The notes beneath the pieces were generated by a model, which had not been told where the DNA came from, searched no databases, and was given only the letters and a program-made list of their open reading frames with translations. From positions 1 through 49,939 of the forward strand of contig JAOUFI010000012.1 in NCBI GenBank assembly GCA_029858305.1: a stretch of DNA of 49,939 bases, given 5' to 3'. Every line of letters begins with the position of its first letter. Within the stretch, counting starts at the first letter, position 1. The DNA is from Candidatus Thorarchaeota archaeon. GTDB taxonomy: Archaea; Asgardarchaeota; Thorarchaeia; Thorarchaeales; Thorarchaeaceae. Below are positions 38,831-48,331 of this stretch, one piece after another. A program made the translations under genes and the position numbers.

Positions 38831-39601
38831 ATGAGAAGATGGGAAGCTGCCGTTGCCACCGAAAACCCTCGGATTCTCTATCAAGCGGTCCAGCTTCTCA
38901 AGAGATTAGACATTGATTTCATAATTTGTTACCCGACAGACAATCGATGTAATCAATCTCAGGTAATCATCACTGATGTTCCGGATTATTTTCAGCATCA
39001 TGAAGGGCTAGTGCTTGTTCAAGAGAACTTCGACATGGATTTTGTAAGAATTACAATAATGGCAAGACTCAGAATGATTCAGACTCCATCAAAAGCAGTC
39101 ATTGGTATAGATCCTGGAATGACATCAGGAGTCGCCCTCGTTGTTGATGGCATTGTGTTATACCAAATCTCCCTTGCTATTCCTAGTGCTGTTGTAGAAC
39201 TCTCTTGTCGTTTGATAGGTTATATCCACACGCTATTTCCCTCATGTCAAAGTATAATCAAAGTGGGAACCGGGTCAAAGCTCTACTCTACTTTACTCCT
39301 ACGCGCAATTTTTCATAAAACCCAAGAATTGGAGATAGAGCTCGTGAATGAGAAAAATACGACACTATCCGGTGGAGCCGGGTCCGATGAGTCTTCTGCA
39401 ATAATAATCGCTGGAAGAAGTGGAAGGAAAGTGATATCTTCAGACATGTTATTGGAAGTAAAGGTCGGGTACATTCGTTCTCTCAAGCAATTTGTTATTC
39501 GTTTGACAAGGGGAAAAAGAGCTCTCACTTCAAACGAGGCACGAGCTATTCTTCTTGATGAGCTAACGTTTGATGAAATAGTCGTCCAACCTATGTCATA
39601 A
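38831..39601 (+). CDS. Hypothetical protein with RNase H-fold (YqgF/RuvC-like) domain
   Basis: VIGIDPGMTSGVALV, LVNEKNTT, DESSAIII give a D-E-D triad; ATG 38831 probable start. Confidence 0.7.
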   Translation: MRRWEAAVATENPRILYQAVQLLKRLDIDFIICYPTDNRCNQSQVIITDVPDYFQHHEGLVLVQENFDMDFVRITIMARLRMIQTPSKAVIGIDPGMTSGVALVVDGIVLYQISLAIPSAVVELSCRLIGYIHTLFPSCQSIIKVGTGSKLYSTLLLRAIFHKTQELEIELVNEKNTTLSGGAGSDESSAIIIAGRSGRKVISSDMLLEVKVGYIRSLKQFVIRLTRGKRALTSNEARAILLDELTFDEIVVQPMS

Positions 39602-41549
39602 AGAAGCTTTCAACCCGATGAGCAACAACCTCCGAATTATCCGGTACAACTTGGAGTGTTTCTTTAAGCCATGAAGGAATGAATCTTGATAGATAAGGTG
39701 TCGCGAACCTTTGGTCAAGCAACACAATTGCCCCCCTATCATCAAGTCGTCGTACTGGTCTACCTGCTGCCTGAATAGATCTCGTCATTGCTGGTAAAAC
39801 GTAGGCATAATCTCTCCCTTTTTGATTGAACGCTTTGTCGTAATAATTTATGAGTGCCTCCATTCTAGGAGTGGGCTTTGCATATGGTACTCCAACTACC
39901 ACAACACTCTCCATTGTAGGTCCTGGAAAGTCTCCCCCTTCAGAGTTACGTCCTCCTTGGACACCCAATAATACTGCACCTCCCCTTTCACCGCGGCTCC
40001 TGAAATCCTCAATCATTCTATCATTCTCTGTTCCTTTCATGCCTGGTCTTTCAATGAAGAGTTTTCTCTTCAAACGTTTCTCTAGTCCAGTATCAATGAG
40101 AGACCTAGCTATTGAATAGCTCGAAGTGAATATTCCTGTATTCCCAGGTGTAGAATCCGCAACTGCTAAACAATGGTCTACAATCCTATCATACATTGAG
40201 CTGTTTCTGCTCTGGAATGATGTATCTAAACCATGGACAATCAATCCTAATCTATTCTTCATAGCAAATGGACTTTGGAATGTAGTCTTGATTGTTTCAG
40301 GACCTAGACCCAACATCTCAGAGTACGCATCTAATGGTGACAATGTACCAGATACCGCCACTGAACTATGAATCATCCCTAGGATTGGCTTTGTTACAGA
40401 GGTTGGATTCAATGCAACGCGATCGAGAGACACTCGTTTTCCCCCACCACTCTCTGTTGAATTCACTAGTAGAAAAGCAAAGTCTTCTCTTTGCGCACAT
40501 CTTATCCACTCTAGAAGAAAATCTCCCACTCTATGAATAGAAGAACGAGGAAACTTACCTGCTTTAAGTAGACTTTTCTTAATCTCAGCACCGTGTTCTT
40601 TCATATGATGAAGTACTCTATCCGCTGAATCTAATCGACCAATTGAAACAACTGATTCAATAATCTCCTGAGGATTGACTATCTTCTCCTCATTTTCCCT
40701 CATAGTTGCCGTGAGTTCAAGCAATCTCCGTGTAAGAGCCCGGCAGAACTCAAAGGAGGTCAAATCCTTGTATGGTCCATCTCCAACCTCCCTTGTTGCC
40801 TGTCTTACCACTCTTATGGTCAGTGAGTCGCTTGCGGAATCTAAAGCCGTTGCAGGAACATTATGTGCCTCATCCTGAACAAGTATCATCTTTGATGGTG
40901 GTGTTCCTAGTTCGGGAATAAACACTTCAAGTATCCAAGGATCGAACACATACAAGTATGAGAGTGCCACAACATCTACAACTTTTGCCAAACGCTTTGC
41001 CATCTCATATGGGCACATTGACTTGCTTTCTGCTATTTTTACAATCTCGGGAGCTGTCAGAACCTTCCTTGGTAGATTCTCTAACAAATCCTCAGGCTCG
41101 CCTGCTTTCTTCAGTTTCTCGTAGTATGAACATCTTCCAGTTGCTTTCAGCTGCCCACAGACTTCACTAATGGGTGCGACGAGGTCAGCGTTTTCCAGTA
41201 CAAATGCATTCAAACACATATGACGTCTTCCGCGGAACGAAACACCTGATACATCCTGATTCCTTGAGATTTCTAGCATCTCTTCCATGACACGATCCAG
41301 TTGCCTATGTGTTCTTGCACAATAGAGCACCTTTCCTGAATTCTCTTTGACCCAAGGAAGGATGGCGCTCAATGTCACACACGTCTTTCCGAATCCATTT
41401 GGTGCCTCTGCGCATATATTGACTCCAGTGTAGACTGCAGATTCAATCTTCGTCATCATCTCACTTTGTCCTTGTCTGGGCAGAGGATATGGGAAGTACT
41501 CGGTATATCTAGAAGCATTATCAGTCATGGGATGCCAGAGGTTATTCAA
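39591..41549 (-). CDS. xpd: XPD/Rad3-family Fe-S DNA helicase
   Basis: EAPNGFGKT, ARTHRQ, four Cys incl. CPYE, DEAHN, SGTLSP, SEGGDF, QAAGRPVR. Confidence 0.93.
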   Translation of the reverse strand: MNNLWHPMTDNASRYTEYFPYPLPRQGQSEMMTKIESAVYTGVNICAEAPNGFGKTCVTLSAILPWVKENSGKVLYCARTHRQLDRVMEEMLEISRNQDVSGVSFRGRRHMCLNAFVLENADLVAPISEVCGQLKATGRCSYYEKLKKAGEPEDLLENLPRKVLTAPEIVKIAESKSMCPYEMAKRLAKVVDVVALSYLYVFDPWILEVFIPELGTPPSKMILVQDEAHNVPATALDSASDSLTIRVVRQATREVGDGPYKDLTSFEFCRALTRRLLELTATMRENEEKIVNPQEIIESVVSIGRLDSADRVLHHMKEHGAEIKKSLLKAGKFPRSSIHRVGDFLLEWIRCAQREDFAFLLVNSTESGGGKRVSLDRVALNPTSVTKPILGMIHSSVAVSGTLSPLDAYSEMLGLGPETIKTTFQSPFAMKNRLGLIVHGLDTSFQSRNSSMYDRIVDHCLAVADSTPGNTGIFTSSYSIARSLIDTGLEKRLKRKLFIERPGMKGTENDRMIEDFRSRGERGGAVLLGVQGGRNSEGGDFPGPTMESVVVVGVPYAKPTPRMEALINYYDKAFNQKGRDYAYVLPAMTRSIQAAGRPVRRLDDRGAIVLLDQRFATPYLSRFIPSWLKETLQVVPDNSEVVAHRVESFFMT

Positions 41550-41630
41550 TCGTTGACCTTGATAACCATGTTGTTTCGGATTTCGGTATTGATTTAACCA
41601 AGTGACCCACTGCAGAATTTGTGACCTATC

Positions 41631-41975
41631 ATGGGACTCGATGACATATCCGAATTCTCATCAGAAACCAGTATTGGTACGATTCGTGTACGAATCCTAG
41701 ACCTTGAGAACGGGCTCCTGATTTTGATATCAGACAAAGAGCGGTTCAGGCTAGGTCTCTCTGCTGTGGCAATTCCTTCAGGTCAAGGAAGCTCAGATCC
41801 CACCTCAACAGGACTGTTCTCAATGGGTCTTGACAACGCTCTCGTACGCACTGTGACTGAGCGAGTTGCATCTTGGACCAATCGCACATGCATAATAATT
41901 ACGGGTCTCAATCAGATGAATCGTGAAATTATGCTTGAGATAGTGTCTCTTCTCAGGGACCATTTTGTGACATAA
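41631..41975 (+). CDS. Proteasome assembly chaperone 4 (PAC4/PSMG4)-like protein
   Basis: Pattern LENGLLILIS..LGLSAVAIP..PTSTGLF..ERVASWTNRTCII matches my recollection of PSMG4; no search run. Confidence 0.6.
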   Translation: MGLDDISEFSSETSIGTIRVRILDLENGLLILISDKERFRLGLSAVAIPSGQGSSDPTSTGLFSMGLDNALVRTVTERVASWTNRTCIIITGLNQMNREIMLEIVSLLRDHFVT

Positions 41976-42174
41976 TATTCTCAATTATTTCTTTGACCCA
42001 TTGACCAGTTTCCTCCAGTTCGTACACCTGTCTGATATATTCCTCCCAAGTCACCCCTCTATTCGCATTAACCCAAATTTCGAAGACACTCTTGAGATTA
42101 ATATGAGCTGCCTGATGGTACTCACAGAACTCTTCATCGACACTCTTGCGACCGCAGATACAGCACTCTTTCAT
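41953..42174 (-). CDS. Small zinc-finger protein downstream of topA
   Basis: CCICGR...FCEYH motif; co-oriented 5 nt after topA stop. Confidence 0.75.
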   Translation of the reverse strand: MKECCICGRKSVDEEFCEYHQAAHINLKSVFEIWVNANRGVTWEEYIRQVYELEETGQWVKEIIENIMSQNGP

Positions 42175-42179
42175 GATTC

Positions 42180-44285
42180 CTAGCCTCCGATATCATCACT
42201 CTTCTTCTTACTTCTTCTATCATCTAAGGCTTTGAGATCATCCTGTCTTCCTGGGCATTTTGACCAATTGATGCAAGTTGTCCATACTCTCTTCCCAGAA
42301 GTAACTGTTATCATCCTGTATTCACAATACGGGCACGTACTATCCATGGGAGATAAAGTGCCTTTTTGGGGAAGTGGGAATGTTTGGTCACACTTTCCTC
42401 CCTTATAGTTTGAACATCCCACAAATCGTTTTCCAGACTTTGGAGACTTCACAATTCTAAGTATTCCATCATTACACTTTGGACAAGGTCCTAGTTCTTC
42501 GGTGTCTTTCCAATATCTCTGAAGTCCCTCGACTAAGGTTTCACCTATCTGATCCTCTTTGCTCTTAAACTCCGCAAGCTGCTTGAGGAGACTAGTCTTG
42601 GCTCCCCTGATGACATTCTCTCTTTTCTCCGTGCCCTCCTGAATTTTTTCCATCTCTATTTCTAGCTGTCTTGTCATTTCCGGGGAGAGCACATCCGGGA
42701 TAAACTGGCTTAATGTTTCAAATACTGCAAAACCAAGATTAGAGAGTTCGAACTTTTCACCTTGTGTATATCCTCTCGACTTCACTGAATCTACAATACT
42801 CGATCTTGTAGCTTTTGTCCCAAGATTCTCTTTCTCGAGAAGCTTGAGGAGGCTAGCAGGATTGAATCTTGCTGGACCTTGTGTATACTTATTCTCTGAA
42901 TTCACGGATGCAAGTCGGACAATATCTCCTTGGTCAATATTGGGGAGCACCTTTTCGCCAGCTTTGAAATATGGGCCATAGAACTCCGACCACCCCTGTT
43001 TCACGATTTGGAGTCCTCTTACGTATAATCTGTAACTGCCACATATGATATCAGCTCTTTGATGATTCTTAATCAATGGTTCTCCAAAGAGTGAGAGAAA
43101 CCTCCGTACAATGAGATCATAGACCTTCTTATCACTCGGAGAGAGATGTTTCGTAGGTTTCTCTCCGGTGGGATGTATTGAAGGATGCGCAGGGTCTGTC
43201 TTCTTTCCTTGAATTGGTACGAGATTCCCTTTCAGGATAGTTTTAGCCATATAGGCATAGTCTTTCATACCTCCCAATCCGGTGAGAATTCCTTTGATAT
43301 CCAAAGTGGATGGGAGCATTTCACTATTCGTTCTTGGGTATGAGATAAGAGCATCAAGATAGAGACTTTGTGCTATAGCAAGTGTTCGGCTGGGTTTGAA
43401 TCCAAAATGCCTATACGCTTCTGCTTGAAGTGAGCTTAGATTGAAGGGCGGGTGTGGTGGTTGTGTGACAGTTCGTTGATTGATAACGTCCACTACTGCG
43501 TCTTGTCCAATTAAATCATCCACTATTCGATTAGCATCTTGTTTTGATGACAATTGCTTCTTAAAATACTCCAATTCCATTTCGTTCCCTTTATGATCCC
43601 CAATAACATGAATTGTCCAGTATGGTGTCGGAACAAAGAGATTGATTTCCTTCTCTCTTTGAGCTATGAATGACAATGTTGGTCCTTGAACTCGTCCCGT
43701 TGAAATTACTTTGAACCATCCAGCTACGTTCTTGATAGCTAGTGTTAAAGCTCTGGTCATATTGATACCGTATAACCAATCTACTTCATGGCGAACATGA
43801 CCGGCTTCAATTAATGGAAAATCCAATCCGCCTCTGGTTTCATAGGCTTTTTCCAGGTCTGCATCTGTTAAAGATGAGAATAGCATTCGATGTGCTTTCA
43901 TCGGGTCAGCTTTGCATGCATATTTTAGAGTGAGATATCCAATCAGACTGCCTTCAATATCATAGTCTGTAGCAATTATGAATCCATCAACATCCTTGGA
44001 GAGTTTTTGAATTAAATTAATTATTGGCTTGATGTTGATTGCTTTTTTATCCACTTCGTACTTGGGAACCCATTTACTCTCCAGACGCGGGTAGGTCCAG
44101 CCCTTCTCAGTCTGCTGAAGCTCAAACAGATGCCCTATGGCATATACAACAACAAGTTCATCATTTTCCTTCTTACATTCATAATACACTACTTTCCCTC
44201 TCTTAATCTCCTTGGGTGACTGTGTATTATCTAGTGCTGCAGCTATTTTCTTTGCTGCTGATGGTTTTTCCGTGAGTACCATCAA
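42180..44285 (-). CDS. topA: Type IA DNA topoisomerase
   Basis: TEKPSAA, ATDYDIEG, STGRVQGPTL, catalytic ISYPRT, LGTKATR, C-terminal Zn ribbons. Confidence 0.97.
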   Translation of the reverse strand: MMVLTEKPSAAKKIAAALDNTQSPKEIKRGKVVYYECKKENDELVVVYAIGHLFELQQTEKGWTYPRLESKWVPKYEVDKKAINIKPIINLIQKLSKDVDGFIIATDYDIEGSLIGYLTLKYACKADPMKAHRMLFSSLTDADLEKAYETRGGLDFPLIEAGHVRHEVDWLYGINMTRALTLAIKNVAGWFKVISTGRVQGPTLSFIAQREKEINLFVPTPYWTIHVIGDHKGNEMELEYFKKQLSSKQDANRIVDDLIGQDAVVDVINQRTVTQPPHPPFNLSSLQAEAYRHFGFKPSRTLAIAQSLYLDALISYPRTNSEMLPSTLDIKGILTGLGGMKDYAYMAKTILKGNLVPIQGKKTDPAHPSIHPTGEKPTKHLSPSDKKVYDLIVRRFLSLFGEPLIKNHQRADIICGSYRLYVRGLQIVKQGWSEFYGPYFKAGEKVLPNIDQGDIVRLASVNSENKYTQGPARFNPASLLKLLEKENLGTKATRSSIVDSVKSRGYTQGEKFELSNLGFAVFETLSQFIPDVLSPEMTRQLEIEMEKIQEGTEKRENVIRGAKTSLLKQLAEFKSKEDQIGETLVEGLQRYWKDTEELGPCPKCNDGILRIVKSPKSGKRFVGCSNYKGGKCDQTFPLPQKGTLSPMDSTCPYCEYRMITVTSGKRVWTTCINWSKCPGRQDDLKALDDRRSKKKSDDIGG

Positions 44286-44465
44286 TCGAGACAGTTATTT
44301 TCACCTCTCTCCGGTATCTTTTGTGACATAAACTTCAGAGTTTTAAATACACATTGTAATCCACTAGAACGCTGCTTTCTTTTTTCAATATTTCATTAGT
44401 ACGATGGCTGATTTCTCGATACGCTTAAAAGCAGACACAAATTCGAAACCGCTCGAGGTAAGATT

Positions 44466-44888
44466 ATGCAACCTTGGTGGCCGAGGATTATTATACGCCC
44501 TAAAGTTAGACTTACAAGGCCTAGGTTTAGAATGCCAACTAGACCTCCCGATACAGTCATTTTTGGTATCATGTTCATTGCAGTTCTGTTTGTCCTCGGA
44601 GGCAATGTTTACACTCTAGTAAGAACTCCTCCCGCGATTGCAGGTGGCTCTGGTGGAGTACCCATTCTTGTCGCTCCAAGTCTTGACTCACAGCTTGGAA
44701 TGGAAGGCGTTGTTGCGTCTGTAGTAGTCTTTGTTGGTGTAATGGGACTTGGTCTTATCTACTATGGGTCAAAATACGTATTCCAACCCGGTTATGCTAC
44801 TCGACTAATGGTTCTTGGTATCATACTGTCCGGTGTATCCTTCCTCATCTTCAGTTATCTGTGGACAATAAAGACGGGTGGACTCTAA
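44466..44888 (+). CDS. OSTC/DC2-like (OST3/OST6 family TM region) oligosaccharyltransferase accessory subunit
   Basis: Three TM helices; LGGNVYTLVRTPPAI...SQLGMEGVVAS resembles recalled eukaryotic GGIIYD..EPPS...QYIMEG. Confidence 0.75.
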   Translation: MQPWWPRIIIRPKVRLTRPRFRMPTRPPDTVIFGIMFIAVLFVLGGNVYTLVRTPPAIAGGSGGVPILVAPSLDSQLGMEGVVASVVVFVGVMGLGLIYYGSKYVFQPGYATRLMVLGIILSGVSFLIFSYLWTIKTGGL

Positions 44889-44890
44889 AC

Positions 44891-45604
44891 TTATACACCG
44901 AGTATAGTGAAGGGTATGTCAGTGTGTTCCATAAGAGAATAAATAAGATTCCTAGCAATGTCAAGTTTGATTCTCTTTCGTTCATCTGCTGGAAAATGAA
45001 ACTCATGCATGGGTTTAGACCACTTACCTACAGTATCTCCAAAGTCCATCCCTGCAAGAATAACCCTGCGTGGTGAGTAAGCAGTCACTATATGACATGC
45101 CCTGTCGCCATCCGTGAAACCTCCCCAAAGAAAGGCTCGATCTGTTGGCTCTACTTGTGTACTTCCAAGTACTGCGCCTAAACTAGGAACTATCTCCATA
45201 ATCTTGTCCATATTATCTCCATGAGCATGTACTATTGTCAAAGAATCTCTTCTTGTTGCCTCTCTTATATCATCCAAATTACCATCGAGGTCTGTGACAA
45301 GCACACTGCAATCATAGCTTAGATTGAGAAGCGCGGATACTGCGCCATCAGCTGCAACATATATCGGCTTGAACAACTTTCCAACTCCCAAGGATTGAAG
45401 GTGCGTTTCAAGCGACGGACCTGCTCCACAAATTACAACAGTCTTACCCTTGATTCTTTGTTCCAAATCTTGTAACAAAGACTTTGGGTTGACTACTTTC
45501 AATAGCTCTGTGAGTAGCCTTGTTGCTTCTCGATCCGAGGATGGATCAAGACTCAATTTATCTACGATATCAAGATAGATTGGTTGCCAATCCGTCCATC
45601 TCAT
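44891..45604 (-). CDS. mptE: 6-hydroxymethyl-7,8-dihydropterin pyrophosphokinase (archaeal, DUF115)
   Basis: GAGPSL, AADGA, VTDLDG, HAHGDN, GGFTDGDRA, LAGMDF. Confidence 0.9.
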   Translation of the reverse strand: MRWTDWQPIYLDIVDKLSLDPSSDREATRLLTELLKVVNPKSLLQDLEQRIKGKTVVICGAGPSLETHLQSLGVGKLFKPIYVAADGAVSALLNLSYDCSVLVTDLDGNLDDIREATRRDSLTIVHAHGDNMDKIMEIVPSLGAVLGSTQVEPTDRAFLWGGFTDGDRACHIVTAYSPRRVILAGMDFGDTVGKWSKPMHEFHFPADERKRIKLDIARNLIYSLMEHTDIPFTILGV

Positions 45605-46470
45605 CCCAGATCACCTGACTGGATACCATGATCTGTTTGAATACTCTTACGAATTGCCTCTCCTACACGGACCGCTATTCTTGATTCTTTGACATCATGA
45701 GTTCGTATGATGTTGGCACCATTATAGACTGCCACTGAGGTTGCAGCAATTGACCCTGTTAACCGATCCGCAGGATCTGACTGGTCTAATAGACTTCCAA
45801 TGAAGGCCTTTCTAGACACTCCCACAAGGATTGGTTGACCAAGTACAGCGAAGGCACCTAAATTATGCAATATTTCATAGTCCACATTAGATGGTTTGCC
45901 AAAGCCTATTCCCGGGTCTACAAGTATCATACCTGTATCAATTCCAGCATCACGAGCTAATGAGAGGCTTTCTCTAAGTGATTCTAATGAAGATTGAATA
46001 CTGTCACAATACGGTCTACAGTTTGCCATAAGTATGACTGGAGCGTTTCTATCTGAAGCAAGGCCTGCCATTTTAGAATCTGCTTTTAATCCAGATACAT
46101 CGTTAATCACTGTAACTCCCATGTCGAGTGCCTTCTCAGCCACCTTTGATGACATAGTATCAATCGATAGCGGTAGTTTGGTCATAGATGTGATAATATC
46201 AATCGCGTTTGTAACACGCTTGAGTTCATCGCGAGCAGTTATCTCTCGAGTATGATAAATCTCTCTCGGAGCTGTTGAGGCACCGCCTATATCGATAATG
46301 TCTGCTCCTTCTCTCTCAAATCTGGCAATAATCCGTCGCACGTCTTCTTCTTTGGCAGCAACTGTACCTTTGTAGAAGGACTCTGGTGATAGATTAATGA
46401 CACCCATAATCCTAACAGGATACTCATTCCCTATCCGAAGACCTGCAACATCAACGTAGGGCTGTTCCAA
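45601..46470 (-). CDS. folP: Dihydropteroate synthase
   Basis: IMGVINLSPESFY, DIIDIGG, INDVSG, DPGIGFGK, GVSRKAFIG, IIRTHDV. Confidence 0.92.
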   Translation of the reverse strand: MEQPYVDVAGLRIGNEYPVRIMGVINLSPESFYKGTVAAKEEDVRRIIARFEREGADIIDIGGASTAPREIYHTREITARDELKRVTNAIDIITSMTKLPLSIDTMSSKVAEKALDMGVTVINDVSGLKADSKMAGLASDRNAPVILMANCRPYCDSIQSSLESLRESLSLARDAGIDTGMILVDPGIGFGKPSNVDYEILHNLGAFAVLGQPILVGVSRKAFIGSLLDQSDPADRLTGSIAATSVAVYNGANIIRTHDVKESRIAVRVGEAIRKSIQTDHGIQSGDLG

Positions 46471-46555
46471 TCGCTATCACCTCTACATGAAGTCTGTATG
46501 GAAGGAAATAAAATGTAGCTGATTTAGCCATGGACCCATCAATAATCGGGGTAAT

Positions 46556-47704
46556 TTGATGAGTGACAAGTTGGAAAGGACTCACCTCTACGATTGGCAT
46601 AAAATGCACGGTGATGTGATTCCATTTGCTGGCTGGGAGATGCCAGTAAGATATAGTGACATTAGAGATGAACATATGGCAGTTAGAGATGCAGTTGGCA
46701 TTTTTGACACTAGTCACATGTTCCGATTCTTTATCAAAGGCCCACAGGCCTCAGAATTCCTTCAAAGGATGACCACAAATAATGTGAGCAAGCTCGAAGT
46801 GAATGGTGGTCATTACACCACCTGTTTAAACGAAAATGGAGGCATTCGTGATGACCTGATGCTCTATCGGATAGATGCAGATGAATACATCTGGGTCACA
46901 AACGCAGCAAATGGACCAAAGATTAGAGAGCACTTGGTGAAACACTCCAAGTCTTTTGATGTGCAAGTTCAAGATCGGTCATCAGAGATTGCCATGATTG
47001 CAGTGCAGGGCCCAAAGGCGCTGCATCTTCTCAGTAAAATGGCAGGACGTGACCTGAATGAATATAGTCGATTCACATGCAATCCTGTCAAAATTGCAGG
47101 TTATGACACATACCTCTGTAGGACTGGGTATACAGGCGAAGATGGTGCTGAAGTGCTAATCCTAAATTGTCCCCTCACCAATGAGGGCAAGAAACGAGCA
47201 ATAGGATTCTGGGAGGCACTACTTTCACAAGGATCTGAGTTTGGTGCCACGCCATGTGGGCTTGGGGCAAGAGACTCCACTCGTCTTGAAGCAGGGCTTG
47301 TCCTATACGGTCACGAACTTGATGAGGATACTTCTCCTATTGAAGCAAGAATTCCGTATGCTGTCAAGTTCAAAGTTGAGCCGCATTACATTGGTTATGA
47401 TATCGTTAAGAGCCATAAAGAGGTGGGCGTCAAGAAAACACGCATAGGCTTTGTAATGACCGATCGTGGTATTCCACGAGAAAACTATCCTATCCTCTTG
47501 AATGGTCAAGTAATTGGTCAAACAACAAGTGGTGGCGTATCACCAATTTTGAATAATGGTATTGGCCTGGGATATGTTCCTCCAGATCTTGTCAATATAG
47601 GAGATGTGATTGAGATTGATATCAAGGGACGACATCGCAAGGCCAAGGTAACAGAGTGGCCCTTTTACGACCCTCAGAGGTATGGTGCGACTCGCACCGG
47701 ATAA
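46556..47704 (+). CDS. gcvT: Glycine cleavage system aminomethyltransferase T
   Basis: FAGWEMPVRY, FDTSHM, AVQGP, RTGYTGEDG, GLGARDSTRLEAG. Confidence 0.97.
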   Translation: MMSDKLERTHLYDWHKMHGDVIPFAGWEMPVRYSDIRDEHMAVRDAVGIFDTSHMFRFFIKGPQASEFLQRMTTNNVSKLEVNGGHYTTCLNENGGIRDDLMLYRIDADEYIWVTNAANGPKIREHLVKHSKSFDVQVQDRSSEIAMIAVQGPKALHLLSKMAGRDLNEYSRFTCNPVKIAGYDTYLCRTGYTGEDGAEVLILNCPLTNEGKKRAIGFWEALLSQGSEFGATPCGLGARDSTRLEAGLVLYGHELDEDTSPIEARIPYAVKFKVEPHYIGYDIVKSHKEVGVKKTRIGFVMTDRGIPRENYPILLNGQVIGQTTSGGVSPILNNGIGLGYVPPDLVNIGDVIEIDIKGRHRKAKVTEWPFYDPQRYGATRTG

Positions 47705-47757
47705 CATCCAAACTGATTTAAACAGAATATAATATTCCGATATTGTTGGTGGACTAT

Positions 47758-48153
47758 ATGGGCGGCACCGAAGTCAAAGATGGACTATACTACAGTAAAG
47801 AGCATGAGTATGCTAGAGTTGAAGGTGACATTGCTGTTATCGGGATAACCGATCACGCTCAAAACGCACTGCATGAAATCACATTTGTTGAAATTTCAGA
47901 TGTTGGCACAATCCTCAAAGCAGGCGACGAATGTGGACTTGTAGAGTCCATGAAGGCATCATCAGACATCTTCACTCCTGTTAGCGGTGAGATTATTGAG
48001 GTGAATGTTGAGCTAGAGAATGCACCTGAAATTGTCAATGAAGATTGCTATGGTAAAGGCTGGATGTTCAAAATCAAGCCATCAAATCTTGCTGCGGATC
48101 TTTCAAAGCTAATGGATGCAGAAGCATACAAATCATTCATCGAGTCTGAATAG
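47758..48153 (+). CDS. gcvH: Glycine cleavage system H protein
   Basis: YSKEHEY, IGITDHAQ, lipoyl-Lys motif VESMKASSD, NEDCYGKGW. Confidence 0.96.
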   Translation: MGGTEVKDGLYYSKEHEYARVEGDIAVIGITDHAQNALHEITFVEISDVGTILKAGDECGLVESMKASSDIFTPVSGEIIEVNVELENAPEIVNEDCYGKGWMFKIKPSNLAADLSKLMDAEAYKSFIESE

Positions 48154-48331
48154 AATCTGATTAGGGAAAACGCGGGGCGTTTCTGATAGCGTCCCACGGT
48201 CTTCTTTTCTCACTCTTGTCATAATATTATGCTTTTAGTCGTTAGGACAACTATATGATTAACAACAACCTTTTTAGCATATCACAAAATCGCTGCTGCA
48301 AGTTCGAAAGAGCACGGAGAGCGTACTCCAC

